A stretch of DNA of 64,000 nucleotides from Methanobacteriota archaeon (GTDB lineage: Archaea > Thermoplasmatota > Thermoplasmata > SG8-5 > JAGLSY01), in the NCBI GenBank assembly GCA_020696385.1, contig JAEHCQ010000006.1, positions 108,455 through 172,454 on the forward strand, given 5' to 3'. The translations under genes were made by a program, and so were the position numbers. Of the stretch, positions 9,586-19,760 are shown in pieces. Under the pieces are notes generated by a model. The model saw only the letters and a program-made list of their open reading frames with translations, was not told the origin of the DNA and searched no databases. Numbering within the stretch: the first letter of the stretch is position 1; every line of letters begins with the position of its first letter.

Positions 9586-12500
9586 CTAGCATTCTTCTGC
9601 TGCCATGGCCTTGTACTTGAGATATTTCTCTTTCTGGCTCACGGCAAGGTGTGCATGCAGTTTCTTGGCGTCCTCGGGGAACTGGAGAGTGAGTGTGTGA
9701 TACCTTACCTCTCCCATCAGGAATTCCTGCATGTCTCCGGTTGGCTCTTTGGAGTCCAGCTGGAATGGGTTCTTTCCCTCTTCCTTGAGCCTTGGGTCAT
9801 ACCTGTAGAGGAACCAGTAACCGGCCTCGACAGCCTTCTTCTCCTCTGACTGGGTCTTGGTCATGCCACCAGCTTTTATTCCATGGTTGATGCATGGCGC
9901 ATAAGCAATTATCAGGGATGGTCCAGGGTAAGATTCTGCTTCCTTGACAGCTTTTAGGTACTGATTCTTGTTGGCTCCGATCGCCACCATTGCCACATAG
10001 ATATAACCATAGGACATTGCAATGACTCCCAGGTCCTTCTTCACGGTCTTTTTCCCGCTGGCTGCGAACTTCGCAACCGAACCTACGGGTGTCGCCTTGG
10101 AAGCCTGGCCGCCGGTATTGGAGTAAACCTCGGTGTCCATAACGAGAACGTTCACGTCATGTCCCATAGCCAGCACATGGTCAAGACCTCCATATCCTAT
10201 ATCGTAGGCCCAGCCGTCTCCACCGAATATCCAGTGTGATGGTTTGGTGAACATATCTTTCTCATCATACATTCCTGCAAGGATCTTGTCCTCCGAGCGC
10301 TCTTTGAGGAACTCCTGGATCTTTAGAGATACTGGTTTACAATCATCACCGATGTGCATTACTTCGAGCCACTTGGTCAGAAGTTCTTTGAATTCACCCT
10401 CAACTTTGTTCTCGTCAAGTGCGATCCTGACATAGCTTGCAAGCTTGTCTCTCCTGGCAGATGTAGCCAACTGCATTCCGAAACCGTATTCGGCATTGTC
10501 CTCGAAGAGGGAATTGGCCCATGCAGGTCCATGTCCCAGTTCGTTCACAGTGTATGCTGTTGATGGTGAATATGCGGCCCAAATGGATGAACAGCCAGTT
10601 GCATTGGCTATCATCATTCTGTCACCGTAAAGCTGTGTGATGGCCTTAACATAAGGTGTCTCTCCACAACCTGCACAAGCACCCGAGAATTCAAGCAATG
10701 GTCTGCGGAACTGGGAACCCTTGACAGTGTACTTGCTCATTCCACCATCGCGGACCGGCAATGAATTCAGATAGTCCCAGAGTGCTTCGCCACCTTTTTC
10801 CCTCTGGCCTTCCATGGATGTCATCTCCAGTGCCTTGCCCTTGGTTGCCGGGCAGACATCAACACAGTTTCCACAGCCCTGGCAGTCCATAACAGATACT
10901 GCAAGGGTGAACTCGTATTCTCCCATATCTTTACCCATAGCTAGCAATCCGATGTAACCCTCAGGGGCCTTCTCGGCTTCCTGCTTCTTGAGAAGGACTG
11001 GCCTTATGACCGCATGCGGGCAGACGAATGCACATTGATTACACTGGATACAGTTCTCGGAGATCCATTCGGGAACAGTGATAGTTGTTCCACGCTTCTC
11101 GTATTTGGAAGTCCCTGGTGGGAAGAAACCACTTGGTGTGAAATCAGAGGTCTTGAGGTCATCGCCCTTGAGATTACCCATGGTGTCCACGACCCTTCTG
11201 ATGAACTCTGGCCGGCTCTCGTCAACATGAGCAGGAGCATCAACAGCATTCTTCCATGATTCAGGATATTCGATCTTCTGGAGCTTGGCCAAGGCCGCAT
11301 CAACAGCGTCGAAGTTCATCTGAACAATCTTATCACCCTTTCTACCGTATGTCTTCTTGATAGCACCCTTCAAAAGAGCGAATGCGTCATCGACTGGCAT
11401 GATCTTTGCCAGTTTGAAAAAGACAGACTGCATGATCATATTGATCCTCTGGCCAAGGCCAAGTTCCTGTGCGAGTGCAAAAGCATCGATATTGTAAAAT
11501 TCCAAATTATTCAGGGCTATGTCTCTCTTTAGCTTACTGGGGAACCTTTTCTCCATATCCTCAAGGGTCATTGGTGAGTTCAAAACGAAAGTTCCTCCTT
11601 CCTTGATGCCCTCCAGTACGTCATATTTCTCGACATACGTGGTGCTGTGAACCGCGATATAATCGGCAGTATCCAGATTGTATCTTGCCTTAATGGCCTC
11701 ATCGCCGAATCTCAAGTGAGAGCGAGTAACACCGCCGGATTTCTTTGCATCATACTCAAAGTAACCCTGGACGAACTTGTCCGTATTGTCTCCGATTATC
11801 TTTATAGCTTCTTTATTGGCACCAACGGTTCCGTCACCGCCTATTCCCCAGAACTTGCATCTGACCGTGGATGCTGGTTCTGTGTCTATCTTCTCGGACA
11901 GCTCCAGGCTTGTGTGTGTAATGTCGTCAGTTATACCGATCGTGAAGTGATTTTTCGGTGTATCCAGTGCAAGATTGTCAAATACAGTCTTGGCCATCGT
12001 GGCCGTGAACTCCTTGGAGCTCAAACCATACCTTCCACCGACAATGGTCCTCATGTCACCCTTCTGTTGGAATATGGTACAGATATCCTCGAAAAGCGGT
12101 TCACCGTAAGCACCTGGCTCCTTTGTCCTATCGAGAACAGCGATCGCCTTCGCGGTCTTTGGAATTGCATTGTATATTTCCTCGACTGGCAATGGCCTGT
12201 AAAGTCTGAGATTGACGACACCGATCTTCTCACCCTTCGAGCAAAGATGTTCAACAACTTCACATGTGGTCATCGCACCTGCACCCATCGCGATGATGAC
12301 TCTCTCGGCATCCGGGCTTCCAAAGTAATCAACAAGGTGATACTGTCTTCCGGTGAGCTTTGCGACGCGATCCATCTCTTCCTGAACTATCTGAGGGACT
12401 CTGTCATAATACTCATTACTCCTCTCTCTTATCTGGAAATATGTGTCTGGTCCAGCAGCAGCCATTCTGATGTGTGGGTGCTCGGGGTTGAGTGCCCGAG

Positions 12501-13116
12501 CCTTGAACTTCTCGACGCAGTCCCAATCGACCAGATTGGCCATATCATCATAGTCCAATACATTGATTTTCTGTATCTCGTGGGAGCTTCTGAATCCCTC
12601 GAAAAAGTGTATGAAGGGCACAGATGACCTCAAAGTGGCGAGGTGAGCAACAAGCCCCAGATCCATTATCTCCTGGATAGAAGATGAGCATATCTCGGCG
12701 TACCCGGATGGTCTAGCGGCCATCACATCGGAGTGGTCTCCGAAAATTGAGAGAACCTCCATTGCCAGGGAACGAGCTGAAACATGGAATACTGTAGGCA
12801 TCAATTCGCCGGATATTTTGAACATGTTGGGAAGCATCAAAAGAAGTCCCTGGGATGCCGTGAATGTCGTAGTAAACGCACCCGCGGCAAGAGAGCCATG
12901 AATAGCGCCTGCGGCACCTCCCTCTGACTGCATTTCAGCCACTTTCAAGACCTGGCCGAAAATATTCTTTCTTCCGTGCGCGGCCCATTCATCTGCGATC
13001 TCACCCATGGTGGAAGACGGTGTGATGGGATATATCGCTGCCACATCACTGAACGCGTACGCCACATGCGCCGCGGCCGTATTGCCATCCATTGATTTCA
13101 TTTTATCTTTTGACAT
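9586..13116 (-). CDS. nifJ: Single-chain pyruvate:ferredoxin (flavodoxin) oxidoreductase
   Basis: DGNTAAAHVAY, IYPITPSS, MQSEGGAAG, CIQCNQCAFVCPH, EFSGACAGCGET, GGDGWAYDIG. Confidence 0.97.
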   Translation of the reverse strand: MSKDKMKSMDGNTAAAHVAYAFSDVAAIYPITPSSTMGEIADEWAAHGRKNIFGQVLKVAEMQSEGGAAGAIHGSLAAGAFTTTFTASQGLLLMLPNMFKISGELMPTVFHVSARSLAMEVLSIFGDHSDVMAARPSGYAEICSSSIQEIMDLGLVAHLATLRSSVPFIHFFEGFRSSHEIQKINVLDYDDMANLVDWDCVEKFKARALNPEHPHIRMAAAGPDTYFQIRERSNEYYDRVPQIVQEEMDRVAKLTGRQYHLVDYFGSPDAERVIIAMGAGAMTTCEVVEHLCSKGEKIGVVNLRLYRPLPVEEIYNAIPKTAKAIAVLDRTKEPGAYGEPLFEDICTIFQQKGDMRTIVGGRYGLSSKEFTATMAKTVFDNLALDTPKNHFTIGITDDITHTSLELSEKIDTEPASTVRCKFWGIGGDGTVGANKEAIKIIGDNTDKFVQGYFEYDAKKSGGVTRSHLRFGDEAIKARYNLDTADYIAVHSTTYVEKYDVLEGIKEGGTFVLNSPMTLEDMEKRFPSKLKRDIALNNLEFYNIDAFALAQELGLGQRINMIMQSVFFKLAKIMPVDDAFALLKGAIKKTYGRKGDKIVQMNFDAVDAALAKLQKIEYPESWKNAVDAPAHVDESRPEFIRRVVDTMGNLKGDDLKTSDFTPSGFFPPGTSKYEKRGTTITVPEWISENCIQCNQCAFVCPHAVIRPVLLKKQEAEKAPEGYIGLLAMGKDMGEYEFTLAVSVMDCQGCGNCVDVCPATKGKALEMTSMEGQREKGGEALWDYLNSLPVRDGGMSKYTVKGSQFRRPLLEFSGACAGCGETPYVKAITQLYGDRMMIANATGCSSIWAAYSPSTAYTVNELGHGPAWANSLFEDNAEYGFGMQLATSARRDKLASYVRIALDENKVEGEFKELLTKWLEVMHIGDDCKPVSLKIQEFLKERSEDKILAGMYDEKDMFTKPSHWIFGGDGWAYDIGYGGLDHVLAMGHDVNVLVMDTEVYSNTGGQASKATPVGSVAKFAASGKKTVKKDLGVIAMSYGYIYVAMVAIGANKNQYLKAVKEAESYPGPSLIIAYAPCINHGIKAGGMTKTQSEEKKAVEAGYWFLYRYDPRLKEEGKNPFQLDSKEPTGDMQEFLMGEVRYHTLTLQFPEDAKKLHAHLAVSQKEKYLKYKAMAAEEC

Positions 13117-13411
13117 ATTAATACCTCGTCAATTCCAATCCCTTGCCCGTATGGCTTGAGGAATGAATTTCAATCCATTTCTGGATGGGGAGCGGTAATA
13201 TGTTATCTACTTTAATGTTATTGTATAGTTAGTATATAGATATGATAATTTTCAATGTATTTTGTGCCATAAATACTATTTTTCGAAATATTTTGATATC
13301 TTTAGACAAAATAAATTTCCGAGAAGATATGGAAATATGCAATAAAATCCATAGTGTAGAACAAAATTCCAGGCATAAGACTTATATTACCAAGATATAT
13401 ACCTAGTGAAC

Positions 13412-13529
13412 AATGAGGGCTCCCAAAGCTGAAGCATTGGGATATCCTATCTGGATATGAGCCCTTATTGAATTCAACCCAAGCCGATATTGTACATATT
13501 GTCCTGCTTCGACTTGGGGATGATTCAAT
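13412..13529 (+). ncRNA. Structured element family B copy 1, probable 5' leader of sepF
   Basis: Three-way junction AATGAGGGCTC/GAGCCCTTATT plus a long second hairpin; TATA-like TTATATT about 25 nt upstream; homologous to 18092-18170. Confidence 0.5.
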
Positions 13530-13537
13530 AAAAGGTC

Positions 13538-13921
13538 GTGATTACTTTGCCATCTACAATAGGTAAGAAAAAACCACATGCGAAAGGCTCCGCCAGAGAA
13601 GAACAATATCTTGATCTCGGGGCGATGGGATATGAAGATGAAAGTCTAGCAAAATTTGCAGGCTCATCTATCAAGATAGCTGAGATCTATCGTTTTGAGG
13701 ATCTTAAGAACCTTACCAAATACCTATATGAGGGTCACACGATCATTATAGATTATTCATCCTTGGCCAATGATGAGCTGATCATGAGAAGGATCACAAA
13801 TGAGCTGAAAGCCATCACCGATGATACGAACGGTGATGTTGCAGGTATTGGTCATCATATGTTATTGGCTACATCTAATGGCATAATGGTGGACAGGAAC
13901 AAGATACGCGGTTCCTATTGA
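13538..13921 (+). CDS. sepF: Archaeal cell division protein SepF (DUF552)
   Basis: EEQYLDL N-terminal motif; G..IIID....RRITNELK....NGDVAGIG...LLAT..GIMVDR. Confidence 0.8.
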   Translation: MITLPSTIGKKKPHAKGSAREEQYLDLGAMGYEDESLAKFAGSSIKIAEIYRFEDLKNLTKYLYEGHTIIIDYSSLANDELIMRRITNELKAITDDTNGDVAGIGHHMLLATSNGIMVDRNKIRGSY

Positions 13922-14015
13922 TCATCGTGACAACCCAGATTATATTTATTGAATAGTGTGAACGCTGTAAATATTCTGCATTATCTCATCTATGGAATGA
14001 TTTATATTGATCATT

Positions 14016-14723
14016 CTATTGCGATTTCATCGAAAGCAGTTTGACACTTATCTTATCGCCATATTCTATCAATGCCGCATAGCCATCCTTTGCGGCCCCG
14101 GGATTGACATATGTGCACCCCTTCTTCTCGATGGAACCTCTTGCATCTGACACATGCCCAGATATCACAAGCCTCGGCTTCACCATGCGTATGTATTCTC
14201 GGATATCTCGATTACCCACATGCTTACCCTCTGCCTTGTCATTGAAGCCGAATGGTGGGATGTGAGTGATTAGAATATCAATGGTCTTCTCATTGATATC
14301 CTCCATACCCTGGATATCCTCAACTGTCTCCAATCTAGGAAGGCTCAGCTCTGCCACTTTCTCATGCACTTCTTCCTTCTTGAAAAGATCAAAGGGGTAC
14401 ACGATGCCATGAAATTCCACGCCCCTGAAGGACATGTGTGTGTCAGCATCCATGTACTCTTCTTTCAATATCTCGCCGATCATCTCTTTGGGATCCGAAT
14501 TACCATTAACAAAAAGTATGGGGAGGTCAATGTTCCTTATGAACTCCGTCGCCCAGGATGTTGGTCCAAAGTGTGTTATATCTCCAGCCAGCACGATGAT
14601 GTCGGGATGATGTTCTGAAATAAGGTCAACAAGAACTTTCTCTCCAGTTCTTGTTCCGTGTATGTCACTGAGAGCCAGTATTTTCAAGGTTCCACCTCCA
14701 TCATACAATAATGCATTACTCAT
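14016..14723 (-). CDS. Calcineurin-like metallophosphoesterase (Icc-related); likely TTG start near 14687
   Basis: SDIHG, AGDIT, GNSD, THIPP, SGHV, NPG motifs. Confidence 0.85.
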   Translation of the reverse strand: MSNALLYDGGGTLKILALSDIHGTRTGEKVLVDLISEHHPDIIVLAGDITHFGPTSWATEFIRNIDLPILFVNGNSDPKEMIGEILKEEYMDADTHMSFRGVEFHGIVYPFDLFKKEEVHEKVAELSLPRLETVEDIQGMEDINEKTIDILITHIPPFGFNDKAEGKHVGNRDIREYIRMVKPRLVISGHVSDARGSIEKKGCTYVNPGAAKDGYAALIEYGDKISVKLLSMKSQ

Positions 14724-14730
14724 ATATCAT

Positions 14731-15675
14731 TTATATTGTGAATATCAGGACAGCTACGGCGAATCCAAGTATGGCGCCTGTATTCAGCAATGGCAATCCA
14801 GCTTGAGGATTCCCTCTCATGACGAACTTCATCAAGGCCATGAAGCCGATCAGGCCTCCGATTATTGTTGCCATGGCCACCATTGTACTTTCAAATGTTG
14901 GTCCACCATTGGAGAAGAAAGTATAGGCCGATACAGCGAGACTGCCCGGGATGATTATATCACCCAGACCCATGAACATCGCCTCTATCTTCTTTTTCTT
15001 CTTCAAAGAGGATTTAATACCTTTCTGGTCCCTGAAGGAATAGTTCTTTGATTTGGGAACCACCAGGAGCACTGGTAAATGCTGTTCAGTGACCGCATCT
15101 GCCAATGCTATCATGTGTTTTGTCTTGTAGACTGCTATGGCGTCATAGATCGCCAGACCTATCAGAAGTATGAGGATCGGGTATAGTCCAAGTGAGATAC
15201 CCAATATCGCGGTAACTCCTGCTCCAATGATTATACCCAGGGTGTTAACGACATACCATTCAGGAAATTTGTAAAGGATATATGTCAGGATAACTGAGAT
15301 CACAAAGGCAAGTAGATTGATGAAGGCTATCAGTGAATCCTGAGACCATGCTGGCGGTGGATTTCCTCCAATATACCACACTATGTAAAATAGAGGTAAT
15401 AGAAGTACGGAATACAGGGCAAGGCATGATGCGAAAAGGATCAGCAACTGAACGAAATTCTTTTTGCCAGCCTTGATTAATAAGAGAATAACACCCGTGA
15501 AAAGCAGTATGATGACCATGTACATGATGGGGTTCATGGGATCTTCTGGATCCTCGAAGGCCTGATAGCCCGCATCGGACATCGGGCCCGAAATAAGAAG
15601 AGCCAGTATCTGGGTGAATACAAAAATAGCTCCCATCCCGATGATGGAATATATCTCGCCTTTGGACAGGGCCAT
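14731..15675 (-). CDS. Presenilin / signal-peptide-peptidase family intramembrane aspartyl protease
   Basis: About 9 TM helices, IYDAIAVY, MGLGD, PQAGLPLLN. Confidence 0.92.
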   Translation of the reverse strand: MALSKGEIYSIIGMGAIFVFTQILALLISGPMSDAGYQAFEDPEDPMNPIMYMVIILLFTGVILLLIKAGKKNFVQLLILFASCLALYSVLLLPLFYIVWYIGGNPPPAWSQDSLIAFINLLAFVISVILTYILYKFPEWYVVNTLGIIIGAGVTAILGISLGLYPILILLIGLAIYDAIAVYKTKHMIALADAVTEQHLPVLLVVPKSKNYSFRDQKGIKSSLKKKKKIEAMFMGLGDIIIPGSLAVSAYTFFSNGGPTFESTMVAMATIIGGLIGFMALMKFVMRGNPQAGLPLLNTGAILGFAVAVLIFTI

Positions 15676-15679
15676 GTGA

Positions 15680-16303
15680 TCACTCTGTGTGCAATACGGC
15701 GAAGGCCATTTTTCCCATGACCTTGGTGACCTTTATCTTGACAATGGAACCCTTTGCAGTTCCTGGCACATATATTATGAAATCGTCTATTTTGGCGATA
15801 CCGTCGCCTTTCTTTCCAACATCCTGGATCATGACCTCATAGACACTGTTTGCAACAACTGCCTTGACATCCCGTGCTGCCGTGGTGCTCTTTCTCACAC
15901 CAATTGGTCTTCTTGCTCCGCATGCCTCACATTCAAGAACATCCACCCTGCCTTCCTTGACAATGTGGGTATCTGGTCGCTTGCATTCGGTGCATAGAAC
16001 AAAAGAATTCACATAGGCTTTTAATCTAGTTTCTACCTGTTTTGGTATAAGACGGCTCTTGAAAACAGCCCTCTTACCATCCAGAACACCTGGAGTTCCA
16101 AGCTCTCTCTGGAAATATGCGAGTAGATCAGTAGGCTTGCGCCTTATTGTCTCAGCTATGTCTCCGAAGTTCCTGAAAACAGTTGATTTACCCTCTACGA
16201 AAAGATCAACTTCCGGAACTTGGAACCTTTCTTCCTTTGTGATCCCCTTAGGCAATTTCTCCTTAGCGGATTTCAATAGCTCAGAATAATCGTATTCGGT
16301 CAT
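15680..16303 (-). CDS. eif2b: Translation initiation factor aIF-2 beta with C-terminal TRAM domain
   Basis: ERFQVP, RELGTPG, CTECKRPDT...CEACGA zinc finger; GKKGDGIAK...IYVPG TRAM; start moved to MTEY. Confidence 0.93.
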   Translation of the reverse strand: MTEYDYSELLKSAKEKLPKGITKEERFQVPEVDLFVEGKSTVFRNFGDIAETIRRKPTDLLAYFQRELGTPGVLDGKRAVFKSRLIPKQVETRLKAYVNSFVLCTECKRPDTHIVKEGRVDVLECEACGARRPIGVRKSTTAARDVKAVVANSVYEVMIQDVGKKGDGIAKIDDFIIYVPGTAKGSIVKIKVTKVMGKMAFAVLHTE

Positions 16304-16540
16304 GCAGACCCGATTATTCTGGCATTGAATATATAATATTCGGTTGAAACAACCCGCTGTAGCGGTATGTTTCAATTGTAGGCCATAACCTCGACCTCTC
16401 GAAGCTTTATCCAGCTTCGAGTCCAGTTAAAAAAATAATGATGAGGTTACGGCGGTATAATATGTCCAAACCCGCAGAGAAAATCATACTCTGCGGTTAT
16501 TCATGTTGATGCCAGGCCTCAGTGTGGTGGTGTGTTTCCA

Positions 16541-17995
16541 TTATCCTTTCATAACACCCATCGGCACCAGTTTAGCAACCAGTTTGGAAATGCCAGCTCC
16601 ATCCGCGACACCAACAACATCATCAACTGATTTGTAGGCTCCAGGTGCTTCTTCGGTCAGCACCTGTCCGCTTGCGGCCCTGACATAGATGCCATCCTTT
16701 GCCATATCGCTCTTTATTTGATCTGGATTGAAGGAGTTTATAGCCTTCTTTCTGGACATCATACGTCCCGCACCGTGGCATGTTGACCCAAAGGTCTCTT
16801 CCATCGCGGTCTGGGTGCCTGCAAGCACATAGCTCGCAGTTCCCATCGTGCCAGGTATCAGAACTGGCTGTCCCACATCGCTGTATACATTTGGAATATC
16901 ACTCATGCCAGGCCCAAATGATCTTGTGGCTCCTTTGCGGTGCACCATGACCTTCCTGCGCTTTCCATCCACAATGTGTTCTTCTTTCTTCGCGATATTG
17001 TGGCATACATCGTAGACGAGCTTCATGTCCATATCTTCTGCCTTCTGCTTCATCACATTCTCGAATGACTCACGCACCCAGTGAAGGATCATCTGGCGGT
17101 TGGCCCATGCATAATTTGCTCCACTGGCCATAGCACCGTAATAATTCTGTGACACCTTGGATGATATTGGAGCACATGCAAGTTGTCTGTCTGGCAGGGA
17201 TATGTTGAATTGCTTGATGGCGGATTCCATTTCGCGGAGGTAATCCGTTGCTATCTGATGGCCAGCACCTCTAGAGCCCGTGTGTATCATGACCGTGATC
17301 TGGCCTTCGCCAGTGATCCCGAAGGCCTTGGCAGCTTCCTGATCATATATCTCTTCCACTTTCTGTATCTCCAGAAAGTGATTGCCAGCACCCAGGCTTC
17401 CCAATTGTGGGGCTCCTCTTTTCTTCGCTTTGTCGCTGACCTTGGAAGAATCTGCGGCTCCCATGTTTCCATTTTCTTCTGTAAATTCGAGGTCAGATTC
17501 CCAACCATATCCATTCTTTACAGCCCATTCGGATCCATTGTCCAGAACATCTGAAAGTTCATTTGGTGATAGTTTCACCTTGCCTTTTGATCCCAGGCCA
17601 GATGGCACATTATGGAATATTTCATCAACAAGGTTTCTGACCTTCGGTCTGACTTCCGCCTCGGTCATATTGGTCCTGACCAGCCTAACACCGCAATTGA
17701 TATCGAACCCAACTCCTCCTGGAGAAATTACGCCTTCATCGATATCTGTAGCGGCCACACCACCAATTGGGAATCCATATCCCCAGTGGATATCTGGCAT
17801 TGCCAAGGACTTGCCGACAATGCCTGGCAGAGCAGCTACATTGGCAACCTGTTCTGGAGCATTGTCCTGCTTCACCAGTTCAATTAAATTGTCATCTGCA
17901 TATATGATACCAGAGGTGTTCATCTCCTGTTTGTGAGTTTGCGGTATCTCGTATCTGAAGTCATCTATCTTTTTCAGTTCGCCTTGCCATTTCAT
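16541..17995 (-). CDS. rtcB: RNA-splicing ligase RtcB
   Basis: MPDIHWGYGFPIGGV, GFDINCG, GAGNHFLE, HTGSRG, HRKGATR, HGAGR, EEAPGAYK. Confidence 0.97.
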   Translation of the reverse strand: MKWQGELKKIDDFRYEIPQTHKQEMNTSGIIYADDNLIELVKQDNAPEQVANVAALPGIVGKSLAMPDIHWGYGFPIGGVAATDIDEGVISPGGVGFDINCGVRLVRTNMTEAEVRPKVRNLVDEIFHNVPSGLGSKGKVKLSPNELSDVLDNGSEWAVKNGYGWESDLEFTEENGNMGAADSSKVSDKAKKRGAPQLGSLGAGNHFLEIQKVEEIYDQEAAKAFGITGEGQITVMIHTGSRGAGHQIATDYLREMESAIKQFNISLPDRQLACAPISSKVSQNYYGAMASGANYAWANRQMILHWVRESFENVMKQKAEDMDMKLVYDVCHNIAKKEEHIVDGKRRKVMVHRKGATRSFGPGMSDIPNVYSDVGQPVLIPGTMGTASYVLAGTQTAMEETFGSTCHGAGRMMSRKKAINSFNPDQIKSDMAKDGIYVRAASGQVLTEEAPGAYKSVDDVVGVADGAGISKLVAKLVPMGVMKG

Positions 17996-18091
17996 TATCT
18001 CACCTCTGGTCGCACATGCATACACACATGCAATTACTATCTCTGATATTACATCATGTACTTAAGATTGATACCTGGAAAACGATAAATT

Positions 18092-18299
18092 AGTGAGGGC
18101 TCCCAACCCTAAAGGGTGGGGCATCCCACGCTATTTTCTGAGAGAACAGCGAGAGGATTGAGCCCTTACTGAAGCAAACACCAAATTGTGTTTGCTCTTC
18201 TAATTGCGCTTATGCACAATTAGAAAATTCGCACCATTGCCTACAATTTAATGAACATCGCCTTTCATCCGTAAGCCTAAAGGCTACGGCATTCAGGCG
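18092..18299 (+). mobile_element. Family B copy 2: non-autonomous IS200/IS605-like palindromic element with two CTAAAG-loop end hairpins
   Basis: CCCAACCCTAAAGGGTGGGG at left, CCGTAAGCCTAAAGGCTACGG within CGCCT/AGGCG at right, no ORF between. Confidence 0.6.
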
Positions 18300-18331
18300 T
18301 GGTACGAATTCAGTAAAACTGGCTCAGTTCA

Positions 18332-19630
18332 TCAGATAATTTTCTCCCACTTGAACAGATCGAGGACCTGTGAGAGCGTGCTACCACGTTTTATCTCTTC
18401 TCTAACACGATTCTCTCTCTCAAATACATCCAGTGCCCGGTTGGCTATCTCGACTGCAACATGCTTTGGAATGACGACAATACCTGTTTCATCACCCACT
18501 ATCCAGTCGCCAGTTCTTACCTTCTGACCACCACAAACAATGTCAATTCCAATCTCGCCATGTCCTTTTGGCTCGCCTGCACATGGTCGTAGATGTCTGG
18601 CAAAAGCAGGGAAATCCATATTCTGGATCTCGTCAATGTCTCGAATTGCTCCATCAATGACCACTCCTGAAAGCTTTCTCTGTTTACAACTCCATGATGC
18701 CAATTCTCCCCAGACAGCTATCTTTCCACTTCCTGCATCGATCACAAGAACATCGCCTTCATTTGCTCCGTCAATGGCCTCAACTGGCTTTGCCCAATCA
18801 CCGTCAATGGTCCTGACGGTGAAGGCTCTTCCGATCATCTTTCCATTCCTCTTGATATATGGCTTGATGTTGACCATGGCTCCTTCTTTGTGCATGGCAT
18901 CTGATATGTTAGGCGTGGATACCTTTTCCAGTGCCTCCCTTATGCTCTCCGCACTGTATTTCTTGAAAAGATCTGTACTGACTGGTATCATCTCATCAAT
19001 GGCCTTCTGAATGTCTGCAGTTGCCTTTGTTACATCATTCGCTTTGATGATCGCTCCTCCGACAATGATGATCGAAGCACCATTGGCGATGGCTGTTGAC
19101 GCGGTCTCTGAATTTATCCCGCCTGCAACCGCGATAGGTAATTTCGTGATCTGATAAAGCATCTTGACAAGATCAAATGGTTCTCCGCCAGTCATTTGAT
19201 GATCAATGCTCGCGTGCACGCAGAGAATGTGCACGCCGAAGCCTTCCAGCTGTCTAACACGCTCCTCCATATTGTCCACGTTCATCAGGTCCGCCATTAC
19301 AAGTGAACCGTACTGGCTGGCAGATTTTACAGCTTCCGTGATAGTCCCGTCATCTGACAATCCCATGATTGCCACGACATCCGCGCCAGAGCGTGTGGCC
19401 ATCTCGACCTCCACTCCGCCGACATCCATCGTCTTCATATCCGCGACGATGGTCTTGTCCGGGAACTCGGCTTTTAATCTTCTAATAATATTCATGCCCT
19501 CGCTCTTTATCAGGGGAGTTCCAGCTTCTATCCAATCGGCTCCGCCTGCAACGGCTTCCCTGGCTATCTGTATCGCGCGATCTCCTTGAATAAGGTCCAG
19601 GGCTACCTGGAGCTTGACCTTTGATGTCAT
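18332..19630 (-). CDS. hxlA: 3-hexulose-6-phosphate synthase fused to RraA/demethylmenaquinone-methyltransferase-like domain
   Basis: LQVALD, IEAGTPLIKSEG, ADMKTMD; C-terminal STPNISDAM, AVWGELA, IDGAIRD, GDWIVGD; start set at MTSK. Confidence 0.9.
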   Translation of the reverse strand: MTSKVKLQVALDLIQGDRAIQIAREAVAGGADWIEAGTPLIKSEGMNIIRRLKAEFPDKTIVADMKTMDVGGVEVEMATRSGADVVAIMGLSDDGTITEAVKSASQYGSLVMADLMNVDNMEERVRQLEGFGVHILCVHASIDHQMTGGEPFDLVKMLYQITKLPIAVAGGINSETASTAIANGASIIIVGGAIIKANDVTKATADIQKAIDEMIPVSTDLFKKYSAESIREALEKVSTPNISDAMHKEGAMVNIKPYIKRNGKMIGRAFTVRTIDGDWAKPVEAIDGANEGDVLVIDAGSGKIAVWGELASWSCKQRKLSGVVIDGAIRDIDEIQNMDFPAFARHLRPCAGEPKGHGEIGIDIVCGGQKVRTGDWIVGDETGIVVIPKHVAVEIANRALDVFERENRVREEIKRGSTLSQVLDLFKWEKII

Positions 19631-19760
19631 TGATAACATGTAGAGAAGATGAGAGATAAAAGTTTTGCGTAGTATCTCAATAACCAAATTCCTGCATAAA
19701 CAATATATGAAAGATTGGATATAGCGGCTTCCAGAGACCAATAATAACACAGGTGATACA

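Noticed and set aside
11647-12627. 326-aa ORF on + strand
   Set aside because: Antisense shadow of nifJ with no recognisable motifs
14731-15675. Presenilin as a eukaryote-like novelty
   Set aside because: Archaeal presenilin homologs are well characterised
15680-16303. aIF2beta-TRAM fusion
   Set aside because: Already known in Thermoplasmata and some other euryarchaea
16470-16498. CCGCAGAG/CTCTGCGG hairpin after rtcB
   Set aside because: Single stem best explained as a 3'-end hairpin; no homology to families A or B seen
18332-19630. HPS-RraA fusion
   Set aside because: Known archaeal fusion family; not evidence of methylotrophy on its own
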